A stretch of 49,083 bases of DNA, taken from an uncultured Deferribacteres bacterium (GTDB taxonomy: Bacteria > Zhuqueibacterota > Zhuqueibacteria > Zhuqueibacterales > Geothermadaptataceae). Shown one piece after another: positions 27,370 through 36,724 of the stretch. The DNA lies in NCBI GenBank assembly GCA_964014485.1, contig CAXHAT010000035.1, positions 1 through 49,083 on the forward strand. Direction: 5' to 3'. Each line of letters starts with the position of its first letter. The first letter of the stretch is position 1. The notes below the pieces were generated by a model. The model was not told the origin of the DNA and searched no databases. It worked only from the letters and a program-made list of their open reading frames with translations. The position numbers and the translations under genes are program-made.

Positions 27370-27551
27370 GATCACCTCTTGAGTTGTTGGAAAGGTTTCA
27401 ATCAAATCAGCAAAGTATCCGGCTCCTATTTGCGCGGAACTTTCGCAGCGGAGCGCCACGCTTCATGCTACCTTGTGATTCTTTATTCATAACGTAACGA
27501 AGCGGCGCTTTTGGAATTTGCAACAATAATCAATTTGTGACGGAGAATCGT

Positions 27552-28718
27552 TCAATCCGATAAAGTTTTACCGGAATTTTCCAGGCGGGATTTGCGAAAT
27601 TCGGAAGGCGTAAGACCGGTGTGTTTTTGAAAAGCGGAATTGAAAGTCGTCTTGTTGTTAAAGCCCACTTCGTATGCAATTTGTGTGAGATTTCTTCGGC
27701 GGCCGTTCTCAAGTTCCAAAGCTTTTTGGGCTTCCCGAACGCGATATTTATTCACAAAGTCAAAAAAGTTTTGTTGAAGCTTTTCGTTGATCACTTGCGA
27801 AAGATGGTGGGGCGAAACGGCGATGCGTTTAGCCAGGGTCTGCAATTTCAATGAGCTGTCGAGAAAGGGCTTCTCCGCTTCCATGCAGGCAATAAGCTTT
27901 TCCAAATGTCGCTGCGCTCGCTCTTCAGAAAGACTTGAGTTTTCGTAACGCGGCGCCAGAGTCGCGTTCATTGCATCGGAAAAAATCTCTGGTTGGCGCA
28001 GCGGCATGTAGCCGATCGCGTAAATAAGCAAAGCAATGACGCCGGTCATGAAATAATCCAATTCAAGCAAGAATGGAACGCCAAACGAAACCGCCAAATT
28101 GTAGCCGTACGAAGCCAGCCAAACGCTCCCCAACGCTAAAGTCAGGCGCTGAAGCCACGTCACACGTTGCGCTTGCAATGCGTTTTTCCCGCCGGTCATC
28201 CCTCGCGCCGCTTTTCGAATCGTTGCAAAAGTAAGGAAAGCGTAGAACAACAAATGCCAGGATTGCAGCCCGCCGACGATTTTATAAAACAAACTGATGG
28301 GGATCGCATTGGTGTAAATGTAATTGTCCAAAAAGTAGATCTTCTGCTGGGCGGTCAGCGAATATAGCTGAATAAATGAGCTTGCGTGAATTAAAAACGG
28401 CAGGAAATGCAGTGAGGTTTTAAGATTGAATTTCTTCGCCTTACCAAGAAGGAAGACCGCGTATAGAAAAAGGAGCGGTCCGAAGAGAAAACCGAAACTA
28501 TAGGTCACACCCGTAAAGTGAGGAACGTCGTACAAAGCTCGCGACCAGTAGGCGACATTGCTCAAAACGCGCAGCGAAAATGCAAACACAAGCGCCGCGA
28601 GCAATCGATTCGCGATGCGGTTTCCTTTTTTGTGAATCAACAACGCAACGGAAAGCAAGACGCCTTGTGCGGCGCCGAATAAATAGAAAAAATCAATCAG
28701 TTTGAATTCAGCAGTCAT
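27552..28718 (-). CDS. Membrane-anchored AraC-family transcriptional regulator
   Basis: About 7 TM N-terminus; EKPFLDSSLKLQTLA, HHLSQVIN, NFFDFVNKYRV and IAYEVGFNNKTTFNSAFQKHTGLTPSEFR. Confidence 0.92.
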   Translation of the reverse strand: MTAEFKLIDFFYLFGAAQGVLLSVALLIHKKGNRIANRLLAALVFAFSLRVLSNVAYWSRALYDVPHFTGVTYSFGFLFGPLLFLYAVFLLGKAKKFNLKTSLHFLPFLIHASSFIQLYSLTAQQKIYFLDNYIYTNAIPISLFYKIVGGLQSWHLLFYAFLTFATIRKAARGMTGGKNALQAQRVTWLQRLTLALGSVWLASYGYNLAVSFGVPFLLELDYFMTGVIALLIYAIGYMPLRQPEIFSDAMNATLAPRYENSSLSEERAQRHLEKLIACMEAEKPFLDSSLKLQTLAKRIAVSPHHLSQVINEKLQQNFFDFVNKYRVREAQKALELENGRRRNLTQIAYEVGFNNKTTFNSAFQKHTGLTPSEFRKSRLENSGKTLSD

Positions 28719-28780
28719 CGAGCGAACGACGGAAAATGATGAAAAATCAATTTGTTAAAATGGATGCGCCGGGTTCAGGC

Positions 28781-28985
28781 TTCTCTACCTGACACTTTTT
28801 TGTAAACTTTATTTTCGAGCTGTGGAAAGGCCCCGTTTTGTCATTCTGAAGGAATCTTTGTTATCGCCCAGTACAGATCACGCTCAAAAGTTCAAGGGGC
28901 GGATCAAAAAAGATGCTTCCAGCATGACAATTCCGGCCTTTTTCGCCAGTCTTGGAAGGCTATACAAAAAGTGTCAGGTAGTGAA
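28781..28985. mobile_element. MITE copy B (TIR TTCTCTACCTGACACTTTTT / AAAAAGTGTCAGGTAGTGAA) carrying the GTCATTCTG...CAGCATGAC element
   Basis: 8-bp direct repeat GTTCAGGC at 28773-80 and 28986-93. Confidence 0.88.
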
Positions 28986-29072
28986 GTTCAGGCGTCAAAA
29001 CGTCAAGACTGGACAGGAAAAAATTTGTTCACCAGCAATGCCGGAAGCCTCGCGATTTACCGGCGTACGTGA

Positions 29073-30404
29073 TTAATCAAATTTACCGACATTTTCAAAA
29101 ACGAGATTGCCTTGGCCGTCGTACAGCTTTGCTTCGCGAACCGAACCGCTGCCGAAAAACTGAAAATGCAGCCCAACGACGCGCCCGGCAGGCTTTTCGT
29201 ACGTTGCGGAAAAGATTTCAGCGCCGTTTATCGCCAGAGTCACAAGTTTATTTTTTGACTGGATTCGGACGGTATTCCAAGTCGACAAATCTGCGCCGAA
29301 AGCTGACAAATCGTTTTCAGAGCCTGGAAACACAGCGTCGATCAATCGCAGGTTCAATTGGCTCACACAGCCTGGAATGCTGAGTGGAATCACCATGCGA
29401 CCGGTTTCACACAAAACGATGACGTAGGCGTACTGGCAAATCAAACCGCCGTCTTCGAAAGCATTCTTCAGGGTTGCCTCGTAGGCAAAATCATCCCCGC
29501 TGACATCGCCAAAATCCTGGACGTTAAAATAACTCAACAGGTATTTTCGCTCATCGACTTTGACGCCATGATCACGCAGCGTCCCGGGCGTGATGTACAG
29601 ACGCTCGCCGTTCACAATTTTTTCGCGAGGGAGATATATGGGGATTGTGTCGTCGAAATTGTGGCGCACCAGCCCGAGCCAGCCGTCCGTCGTAATGTGA
29701 ATATTTTGTTGTTTGACCGCCTGCCCGTCAACAATCAACTTTGCGCGATGGTAGCCCGGATAATAGTAGATGCAAGTTTGATGGCTTTTGTCCTTCCGCA
29801 GCAACATGCGCTCTTTCTCGTTCCAGGACTGCTGGATGTAAACGGAATTTGAGGCGACGCTTTGAACGTCGTAATCAAAAATCACCGAGTTTGGGACGCC
29901 GTTGGCGACGACTTTTTTGCTGCGAAAAGTAATTTCACTCTCATCGATTTTCGCGAGAGATCGGTAGCTATAGGCGAAAAGAAGAACTAACGCGAGAGAG
30001 GCGGTTGCCCAAATCGCAGGCCAGTACGCCCGCCTTGTACGTCGTTTTTTTGAATTCCCAGCCGGTGCAGCGTCGCTTTGACCCTGGTTGAGCTGCTGTC
30101 CGGTATCTTCAGGTAGTTTTTCCCTCTGTTTGCTCTTAAAATCCAGCCAATTGACATAGCCCAAAAACGCCGCCAATGCGTTGAGCGTGCTTCCGTGCGG
30201 CGTCCTGTTCTTTCCGTTCTTCCAAACGCGCTTCAATGTGGAAAGGCTCAGCAGCACGTCGCTTTCCGCCAAAATCAGCTCACTCAAGTTCTCGAAATCG
30301 CGCTGCTTCCACGTATCGCTTTTTCCCCAGTTTAACCTTTTCTCGATCAGTAATTTACAATGCTCAATATAGCGATGATCGCCGCTTTTTGGTTGGTCTG
30401 GCAT
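29073..30404 (-). CDS. Bitopic membrane protein with an N-terminal HTH-like domain, one TM helix and a beta-rich extracytoplasmic domain
   Basis: DFENLSELI...LSLSTLKRVW...TLNALAAFLGY; TM YWPAIWATASLALVLLFAY; PKD-like YYYPGYHRAKLIVDG. Confidence 0.65.
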   Translation of the reverse strand: MPDQPKSGDHRYIEHCKLLIEKRLNWGKSDTWKQRDFENLSELILAESDVLLSLSTLKRVWKNGKNRTPHGSTLNALAAFLGYVNWLDFKSKQREKLPEDTGQQLNQGQSDAAPAGNSKKRRTRRAYWPAIWATASLALVLLFAYSYRSLAKIDESEITFRSKKVVANGVPNSVIFDYDVQSVASNSVYIQQSWNEKERMLLRKDKSHQTCIYYYPGYHRAKLIVDGQAVKQQNIHITTDGWLGLVRHNFDDTIPIYLPREKIVNGERLYITPGTLRDHGVKVDERKYLLSYFNVQDFGDVSGDDFAYEATLKNAFEDGGLICQYAYVIVLCETGRMVIPLSIPGCVSQLNLRLIDAVFPGSENDLSAFGADLSTWNTVRIQSKNKLVTLAINGAEIFSATYEKPAGRVVGLHFQFFGSGSVREAKLYDGQGNLVFENVGKFD

Positions 30405-30616
30405 TTTGCTTGGCCGCCTTATTGAAATTTTCAATCGTCTTTTTCGCGCTGGATAAAATCGGAATTATTTTTTGTCATTCATAGCAATGGGGAAGAATTG
30501 AGTAATTGGTTGGGATTTGCTCGTGAAATGAACGGCTTCCGAAAGCCGTTTTTTGCAAACGTCGCTTATATTCAACTTGTTTCTCATCCTATTACCACAA
30601 ATCAAAGGAGCAAGCC

Positions 30617-31723
30617 ATGAAACGCATGATCGCCGCTGCATTTTTATTCATTCTATGCAGCGCCGCATTTTCTCAATCTGATTCTTTTGACCCTGAAAAG
30701 TGGCAAATCGATGCAGTCGAATCCAAAACCGTCGACCATTTGGGGCGCAAGAGTCTGTATCTCAAAGGCGGTTCGGCCGTTTTGAAAGATGTTGAATTGT
30801 TGAACGGCGTCATCGAATTCGATATGGCGTTTTCTGAAGTACGCACTTTTACAGGCTGCGTTTGGCGCATCCAGGACGCCAATAATTATGAAGAATTCTA
30901 CGTGCGGCCGCATTTGAATCGCAAGGCGGACGCGGGGCAATATACGCCGGTGTTTAACGGCATGTCCGCGTGGCAGCTCTACGGCGGCGAGGGTTATTGG
31001 GCGAACATCGAGTTCAAATATGATGCGTGGAACCACGTAAAAATCGTCATTTCCGGAGATCGCGGTGAAGTCTATTTTAACGACATGGAAAAGCCCGTCG
31101 TGGTTTTTCATGAACAAAAACATAAGCCGCTCGCAGGCAAAATCGGGCTTAAGGCTAACAATCGCGCGCCAACGTGGTTCTCCAATTTTCGGTATACCTC
31201 GATTGACGCGCCCAAGCTTATGGGCGAACCTGTGGCTCGGCGAAAGCCGGAGAAAGAAACAATTACCGCTTGGCAAATTTCAAGCAGGTTTGGCGAAAAC
31301 GACTTGGAGAATGTCGTCAAACTGAGTGACGCTGAAAAGAAGTCATTGCAATGGCAATCGTTGAAAGTTGAAGATGCGGGCGTGGCCAATTTTTCTCGTT
31401 TGCACGCTCGAGGGCAAGCCGATCAAAACACCGTTTTTGCACGACTCGTCATTGATTCGGAAAAAGATCAGGTTAAAAAAATTCATTTCGGCTACAGCGA
31501 CCGCGTGAAAGTGTTTGTGAATGATCACGCCGTCTATTCCGGCAGTAACGACTATGTCTCGCGCGACTACCGCTATCTCGGCACCATCGGCTATTTTGAT
31601 TCTGTCTATTTGCCTTTGCGGCAGGGTAAAAACGAAGTTTGGTTTGCAGTTTCGGAGAATTTCGGCGGCTGGGGAATTATGGCCAAGCTCGACAGCCTGG
31701 ACGGCGTTACTTTGAAATACTAA
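30617..31723 (+). CDS. Secreted hypothetical protein with a ConA/DUF1080-like N-terminal domain
   Basis: Signal peptide; NGVIEFD, NYEEFYVRPH, QYTPVFNG and WNHVKIVISG; C-terminal FGYSDRVKVFVN...LRQGKNEV; RBS AAGGAG. Confidence 0.7.
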   Translation: MKRMIAAAFLFILCSAAFSQSDSFDPEKWQIDAVESKTVDHLGRKSLYLKGGSAVLKDVELLNGVIEFDMAFSEVRTFTGCVWRIQDANNYEEFYVRPHLNRKADAGQYTPVFNGMSAWQLYGGEGYWANIEFKYDAWNHVKIVISGDRGEVYFNDMEKPVVVFHEQKHKPLAGKIGLKANNRAPTWFSNFRYTSIDAPKLMGEPVARRKPEKETITAWQISSRFGENDLENVVKLSDAEKKSLQWQSLKVEDAGVANFSRLHARGQADQNTVFARLVIDSEKDQVKKIHFGYSDRVKVFVNDHAVYSGSNDYVSRDYRYLGTIGYFDSVYLPLRQGKNEVWFAVSENFGGWGIMAKLDSLDGVTLKY

Positions 31724-31765
31724 CTGATGTTGCGTCGGCGCGCGGCGCATTTGCTTTGAATGCAA

Positions 31766-31795
31766 TGTAGAGACGCGATGCATCGCGTCTCTACA
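31766..31795. repeat. GTAG-type REP palindrome
   Basis: Perfect 30-bp palindrome tgtagagacgcgatgcatcgcgtctctaca between convergent genes; degenerate copy at 44009-44034. Confidence 0.85.
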
Positions 31796-31859
31796 ATAGG
31801 GGAGCGAGCGACGCAACAATCTTGGCGCTTCCGAAGGGTTTTGCTGCGCGTAACATCAA

Positions 31860-34532
31860 TTACTTCAGATAAACCGCCTTTCTCGCAAAACGTCTGTCGC
31901 CGTCAATAATTAGCTCAATCAAAAATACGCCTGAGCCGGCACTTTTGGTTTCCCATGTTACCGTGTACCGGCCGGCTGATTTTTTTTCGTCCAGCAAAGC
32001 ATCGACGAGACGACCGCGGACATCGTAAATTTTCAATTGAACCTGCGCGTCGTTCCCGAGTTTGAAAGTAATTTTCGTAGCGCCGTTAAATGGGTTCGGA
32101 TAATTTTGCAGGAGTGCGAACTTTTCCGGCAGAATTTCTCCGTCAAAGTCAATCGGCGTTAGATCGACTGAATTCCTTGCGCCCGGAGTGCCGCCCGTTG
32201 CTTGGGAAGCGGCCCAATTTTCCGCAAGAGCGTTGTCTTCGTCGATGTTCAGCAATTCCAGCGTTGGGCCGCCGCCGTCCGGCGCTGCAGGCCAGGGGGT
32301 TTGGTCGCCATACCGGACGGAATCGACCAAGACGCCGAAAGGATCGAGAAGTCGCAGCAACTCCCCGCCGCCGCTGAGCCCGAACTCCAATTCTCCGACA
32401 AAATTCTCCACGTCCGGGAAAAGCGTCGTAAACTTCTCTTCATCCGCGCAAACGACAAAATATCCCCTGGGTAGAATAAGCGTGTTTTCGGGGAAATCAA
32501 AGCTGTGACCGTCGTCTTGATCTTGAAACTTCCAGTCGCCAAAGTCGATTGTTTCATCGCCTGGATTGTATAATTCCACCCAGTCTCCGGCCTCAAAATC
32601 TGAAGCTGAATTGTAATTGATTTCGGTGATAACAATGCGTTTGGCCTGAGGAGTTATATCTTCATAGGCTTCTAATTCCTTTGAGATGATTGGCGAATAG
32701 ACAGGCGATAAAAGCTTCATGGTATCGCCCAAGGCCACATCAAAAAATATTTCACCAAATGCCTGCGCCTCATCGAAAAAGAACTTTGCGAGCGCAAGAT
32801 TACTCGTCAAAAAAATGCTTTCTTCCGGAGCGATGGCTGCGCCTGGCGGCAGGCAAAATCGGTTGATTTTTGATCCGGATTGAAAATAGCACAAGGACAG
32901 TTCCAGCGCCGATTCGCCTATATTTCGCAATTCAACGACGCGTTCGTTGCCGACCCGATAGACTTTGCCAAACTCCAAATTTTGATAATCCGCCAGTCGG
33001 CTCTCGGAAGAATTGAGAGCAAAAACATGCGTCGGCGCATACTCGATGTAAAAGTGTCCGTTTGCCGGAAAGCTAAATTCTCCGCCGTGAAATGTAAACG
33101 GCAACAATCCGGTGTGATTCGGCGGCAGCGTCAATTCATTGCCATAAACCAAGTCTCCCGCTTCCCCGTCCTGATGCAGCCCGTCATCGAAAAGTGGAAT
33201 TTGCGCGCGCGTGAAACGATCGCCGGGAAGGCCAAAATCAAACCCGACCGCATATTCAACAAACACGCCCTGCGGCGCAGCAGACTTGGCGCGAAAAACA
33301 ATTCCGTTTGCAGATCTTTTCGCCGCCGTCGTGGTCGGGAATGGAGTCGAGCAAAAAAGCTCGGTTAGCGGCGTGCGCGCGAAGGGCTCGAAATCATGCA
33401 AGAACCCAGCGCGATTCGCCAAGAAATCCTTCAATCTGCTGATTCCAGTTTCAAAATCTTCGTTTGAGCCGGACTTTTCCGTGTCTTGATAAACGTCTTG
33501 CCGAATGACATTCGCGACCGAGTCGACCATGTTAGCAACAAGGGCAAACCCTTGTTCGGTCACATCCTCGAGATCGTGGTAAAACTGTTCACGCCATTGC
33601 GAGTAATCCATCAAGCGTTGAAAAAGCAGATGATATTTCAGCGCGCCGTCACGCGTTTTTTCAAAAGAAGCCTGGTAATCCCCGCGATAATCATTGCCGA
33701 AAGTTGCGTCATTGTCCCAAGGGAAAATCTCGTAAATCGCAGTTTCCGGGTTCGTGTAGAGAAACTGGTTTTTGGTAAATCCGTCATGGCTGGCGACGGC
33801 GAATTGGATGGCAAAAAATTTCAGGAATTGCTCGACGTCTATGACTGTCAAAATCGAATCTTCGAATTCAGTATGATTCCAATAGCGGAATTGGCTGAGC
33901 AAGCGCTGCAAATTATCGTAGTCTCCTTCCGGCCCAATTTTTCTTTCCCATGAGGAATGATAATTGGAAAACCGCAGCAACGGAGCCGTGCTTGCGCCGT
34001 GAGAAATGGCTTTGTAAAGGTCGCCGTCCGAGTCCTTGCCGCGCCTTTTCAGAAAATCTTCGTCGATGTCTTCAACTTGAACAAACACCCCCATATTTTC
34101 ATCGTTTAACTCCAGCTTAATAAATTCCGTCATCGGGGCCGGAAGCTCGAAATAGTTAAAAAGGCGCATCGCGAGGAAGTTTCGCATCAAAGTTTGGTCG
34201 CGAAATTCCGCGTTGAGATTCAGTTTTTTCACGCCAAAAATATTATCGCGGTTGGGGAAGCGGATGCGCCAGCTTTTCTTTGGCAAGGTGCGGCTGGATG
34301 AACCGCGAAAACGAATTTCACAGTCGTAGGTCAATGAATCAAAAACAAATTGGGCGGGGAAATATTCGTTTGTCCAGGGATTGGCGTAGAGTTTGTCTAA
34401 ATCGGAAGGGTCGGCGGTCAGCTCAAAAACCGGCAGCATGAGTTCAACATCTTGCGAAACAAGATCGTCTATGACCGTTAATGAGAAAAAAACAAACAAG
34501 CAGGCGCTAGAGTATTTTCGAAGATAGAACAT
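31860..34532 (-). CDS. CotH kinase-family protein with a lamin-tail domain and a C-terminal QNYPNPFN sorting domain
   Basis: IRFRGSSSRTLPKKSWRI, GDLYK and IFPWDNDATFG; VITEINYN...DWVELYN; LLQNYPNPFN. Confidence 0.88.
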   Translation of the reverse strand: MFYLRKYSSACLFVFFSLTVIDDLVSQDVELMLPVFELTADPSDLDKLYANPWTNEYFPAQFVFDSLTYDCEIRFRGSSSRTLPKKSWRIRFPNRDNIFGVKKLNLNAEFRDQTLMRNFLAMRLFNYFELPAPMTEFIKLELNDENMGVFVQVEDIDEDFLKRRGKDSDGDLYKAISHGASTAPLLRFSNYHSSWERKIGPEGDYDNLQRLLSQFRYWNHTEFEDSILTVIDVEQFLKFFAIQFAVASHDGFTKNQFLYTNPETAIYEIFPWDNDATFGNDYRGDYQASFEKTRDGALKYHLLFQRLMDYSQWREQFYHDLEDVTEQGFALVANMVDSVANVIRQDVYQDTEKSGSNEDFETGISRLKDFLANRAGFLHDFEPFARTPLTELFCSTPFPTTTAAKRSANGIVFRAKSAAPQGVFVEYAVGFDFGLPGDRFTRAQIPLFDDGLHQDGEAGDLVYGNELTLPPNHTGLLPFTFHGGEFSFPANGHFYIEYAPTHVFALNSSESRLADYQNLEFGKVYRVGNERVVELRNIGESALELSLCYFQSGSKINRFCLPPGAAIAPEESIFLTSNLALAKFFFDEAQAFGEIFFDVALGDTMKLLSPVYSPIISKELEAYEDITPQAKRIVITEINYNSASDFEAGDWVELYNPGDETIDFGDWKFQDQDDGHSFDFPENTLILPRGYFVVCADEEKFTTLFPDVENFVGELEFGLSGGGELLRLLDPFGVLVDSVRYGDQTPWPAAPDGGGPTLELLNIDEDNALAENWAASQATGGTPGARNSVDLTPIDFDGEILPEKFALLQNYPNPFNGATKITFKLGNDAQVQLKIYDVRGRLVDALLDEKKSAGRYTVTWETKSAGSGVFLIELIIDGDRRFARKAVYLK

Positions 34533-34690
34533 TTTTATCGCCCCCGCGTTTTTTCTTTAGACTTCGAAATCTTTCAAACAGTGTAATGAAAATATGATCT
34601 AAAATCTACACAGAAACTTTATCTTGAAGACATTGCTTTTGCGGCAACGGCTCTCTATCTTGCCTCAGGAAAACAAAAACGGAGCACGTC

Positions 34691-35080
34691 ATGGCGTCAG
34701 CGGTTCATTTGCGTGAAATTGTGCAGTCTCTTGAAAACAAGGATCAAACACAGAAGTTTTTTTTGGACAAAGAGACTTGCGAAGTCATCAGCGGTGAAGG
34801 AAGTGACGCTTCGCGAAGGGACGGCGGCTATCTTGCGCTTCCGGATCGCGGTTCGGTTGATGAACAGCAATTTGTCATGAGTTTTTGTCTCTCGCTCAAG
34901 GATTCGGATTTGGGACGGGAATTCCTTGAGCTCAGCCAGCAAGACGGCGGGTATCAAAAATTCAAAGAAGCCATCCGCAGCTACAGCCTGGACGATGCGT
35001 GGTTTGAATTTCGCGAGCAAATGTTTTACGTCAGCGCCGCGGAATGGTGCGATGCGAATAATATCCCGTATGTGGAGTAG
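34691..35080 (+). CDS. UPF0158-family protein
   Basis: FFLDKETCEVI, GGYQKFKEAI and AWFEFRE...AAEWCDANNI. Confidence 0.75.
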   Translation: MASAVHLREIVQSLENKDQTQKFFLDKETCEVISGEGSDASRRDGGYLALPDRGSVDEQQFVMSFCLSLKDSDLGREFLELSQQDGGYQKFKEAIRSYSLDDAWFEFREQMFYVSAAEWCDANNIPYVE

Positions 35081-35129
35081 CCTAAAATCAACAGGGGCGC
35101 CTTCCGAAAAGAAAAATTTCCATTTACTT

Positions 35130-36194
35130 TCACATGACCTTTTCTAAATCCGGCAATCGTTGCAAAATTTTCCGTGCTAATTCAAGCTGCGCTTTGGCTC
35201 GCCTTAAATTCTGTCCGGGGAATTGCGTTTTGTAGTAAACGTCGCCGTCCAGAAAATCCGTGAGAAAGCGGACGCCAATCATGAAAGTCATCATTGCGCC
35301 GGAAAACGCGAGTTTTTGAATTTCAATTTCCGTCAATGTTTCGCCCGCCGCGCTTAAGTACCCGTCGGCGAACGCCTGGAATCGCTCCAAATCGATCTGA
35401 ATATTCGCCAGATCCGCCTCATCCTCCGCCGCACTGCTCACGCTCGTGCGCATGCCGTCGCCAAAATCAAAATGGACATATCCGGGCATGACGGTGTCGA
35501 GATCGATGACGCATTTTGCCTTGTCGCCCTTGTCCATCAACACATTGTCAAACTTTGTGTCGTTGTGGGTAACGCGCAGCGGGATAGCCCCGGCGTCGCC
35601 CAATTTCTGGATTTTGCACATTTCATCGGCGCGCTCCCGAACAAATGCGATCCATTCTTGCGCTTCCTGCATCCTCCCTTTAGTATCTTCCCGAACGCTT
35701 TGTTCAAAATTTTTCAGACGTGTCGGCAAGTGATGAAAGGCGAGGATCGTCTCATGCAGGCTGTCGGCTGGAAAATCACTCAAATTGGCTAAAAATCCGC
35801 CAAAGGCTCGCGCGCCTTCGTAAACCTGTTCCGGCGTTTTTGCTATGTAATGGGACGTGAGTCCTTTCAAAAAAACGTAGACTCGCCAATAGCCGCCGTC
35901 AACGTCTTGAAAATAAGAAGCGCCGCCACTCGTTGGAACCAAGGTCAAGTGCGTCGCATCCGGCGTTTTCCTTTGAAGGTGATCGAGGACGCGCTCAATA
36001 TTCGACATCACCGCAGGAACGTTTTTGAAGACGTCGCTGTTAATTCGCTGTAGAAGATAGTCCGGGGAATCGGAAATTTCGTTAAAGACGCGGAAAGTGT
36101 CGTGAATATGGCCGCTGCCGTGCGGCGTGATTTTCTCCGGCGTCCCGGAAATATGGAATTGCCCGATCACCTCTCGAAGATGACGATTTTCCAT
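35130..36194 (-). CDS. Aminoglycoside phosphotransferase-family sugar kinase (N-acetylhexosamine 1-kinase-like)
   Basis: GSGHIHDTF, YLLQRIN, RVTHNDTKFDNVL, CVIDLDTVMPG and DFGD; start at ATG 36194. Confidence 0.88.
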   Translation of the reverse strand: MENRHLREVIGQFHISGTPEKITPHGSGHIHDTFRVFNEISDSPDYLLQRINSDVFKNVPAVMSNIERVLDHLQRKTPDATHLTLVPTSGGASYFQDVDGGYWRVYVFLKGLTSHYIAKTPEQVYEGARAFGGFLANLSDFPADSLHETILAFHHLPTRLKNFEQSVREDTKGRMQEAQEWIAFVRERADEMCKIQKLGDAGAIPLRVTHNDTKFDNVLMDKGDKAKCVIDLDTVMPGYVHFDFGDGMRTSVSSAAEDEADLANIQIDLERFQAFADGYLSAAGETLTEIEIQKLAFSGAMMTFMIGVRFLTDFLDGDVYYKTQFPGQNLRRAKAQLELARKILQRLPDLEKVM

Positions 36195-36208
36195 CTTGTA
36201 TTTCTCGC

Positions 36209-36668
36209 TCTTTCTACCTGACACTTTTTTGTCAACTGCATTTTCGAGCCGCCGAAAGGCCTCGTCTTGTCATTCTGCAGGAATCTTTGTTATCGCCCAG
36301 TGCAGATCATGCTCAAAAATTCAAGGGATGGATCAAAAAAGATGTTTACAGTTCCTTGCGGTTCTGCTCTTGCAGTTTGCGACCCCGCGCATATTTTTTA
36401 AAAAGGATTTGCAGCGCAAAAACGTCTGCTCATAAAAGCATGTTTTTATGATTGCGCTCCTGGAAAAACAAAAACAACGTAACCCAAAAAATCATTTAAA
36501 ACAAAAAATTTCGCAAGACAACTGGCAGGCTTTTTTCCTAAAATCAGAGCTGAACAGGAAAAGTGCGCCTTAAAACAAAAATAAGGTTGTATCTTAACAT
36601 AAAAGCATGACAAATCTGGCCTCTTTCGCCAGTTTGAGAAGCCTATACAAAAAGCGTCAGGTAGTGAA
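36209..36668. mobile_element. MITE copy C, expanded by an internal AT-rich insert
   Basis: Same TIRs (ctacctgacacttttt / aaaaagcgtcaggtagtgaa); flanks tttctcgc/tgtcgcgc (6/8); the inner element is split, with CATAAAAGCATG repeated at 36431 and 36598. Confidence 0.8.
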
Positions 36669-36724
36669 TGTCGCGCCAACCCGCGTGAGTCACAGAAAAA
36701 TCAACCTTTGAAAAGAGCCCTTTG

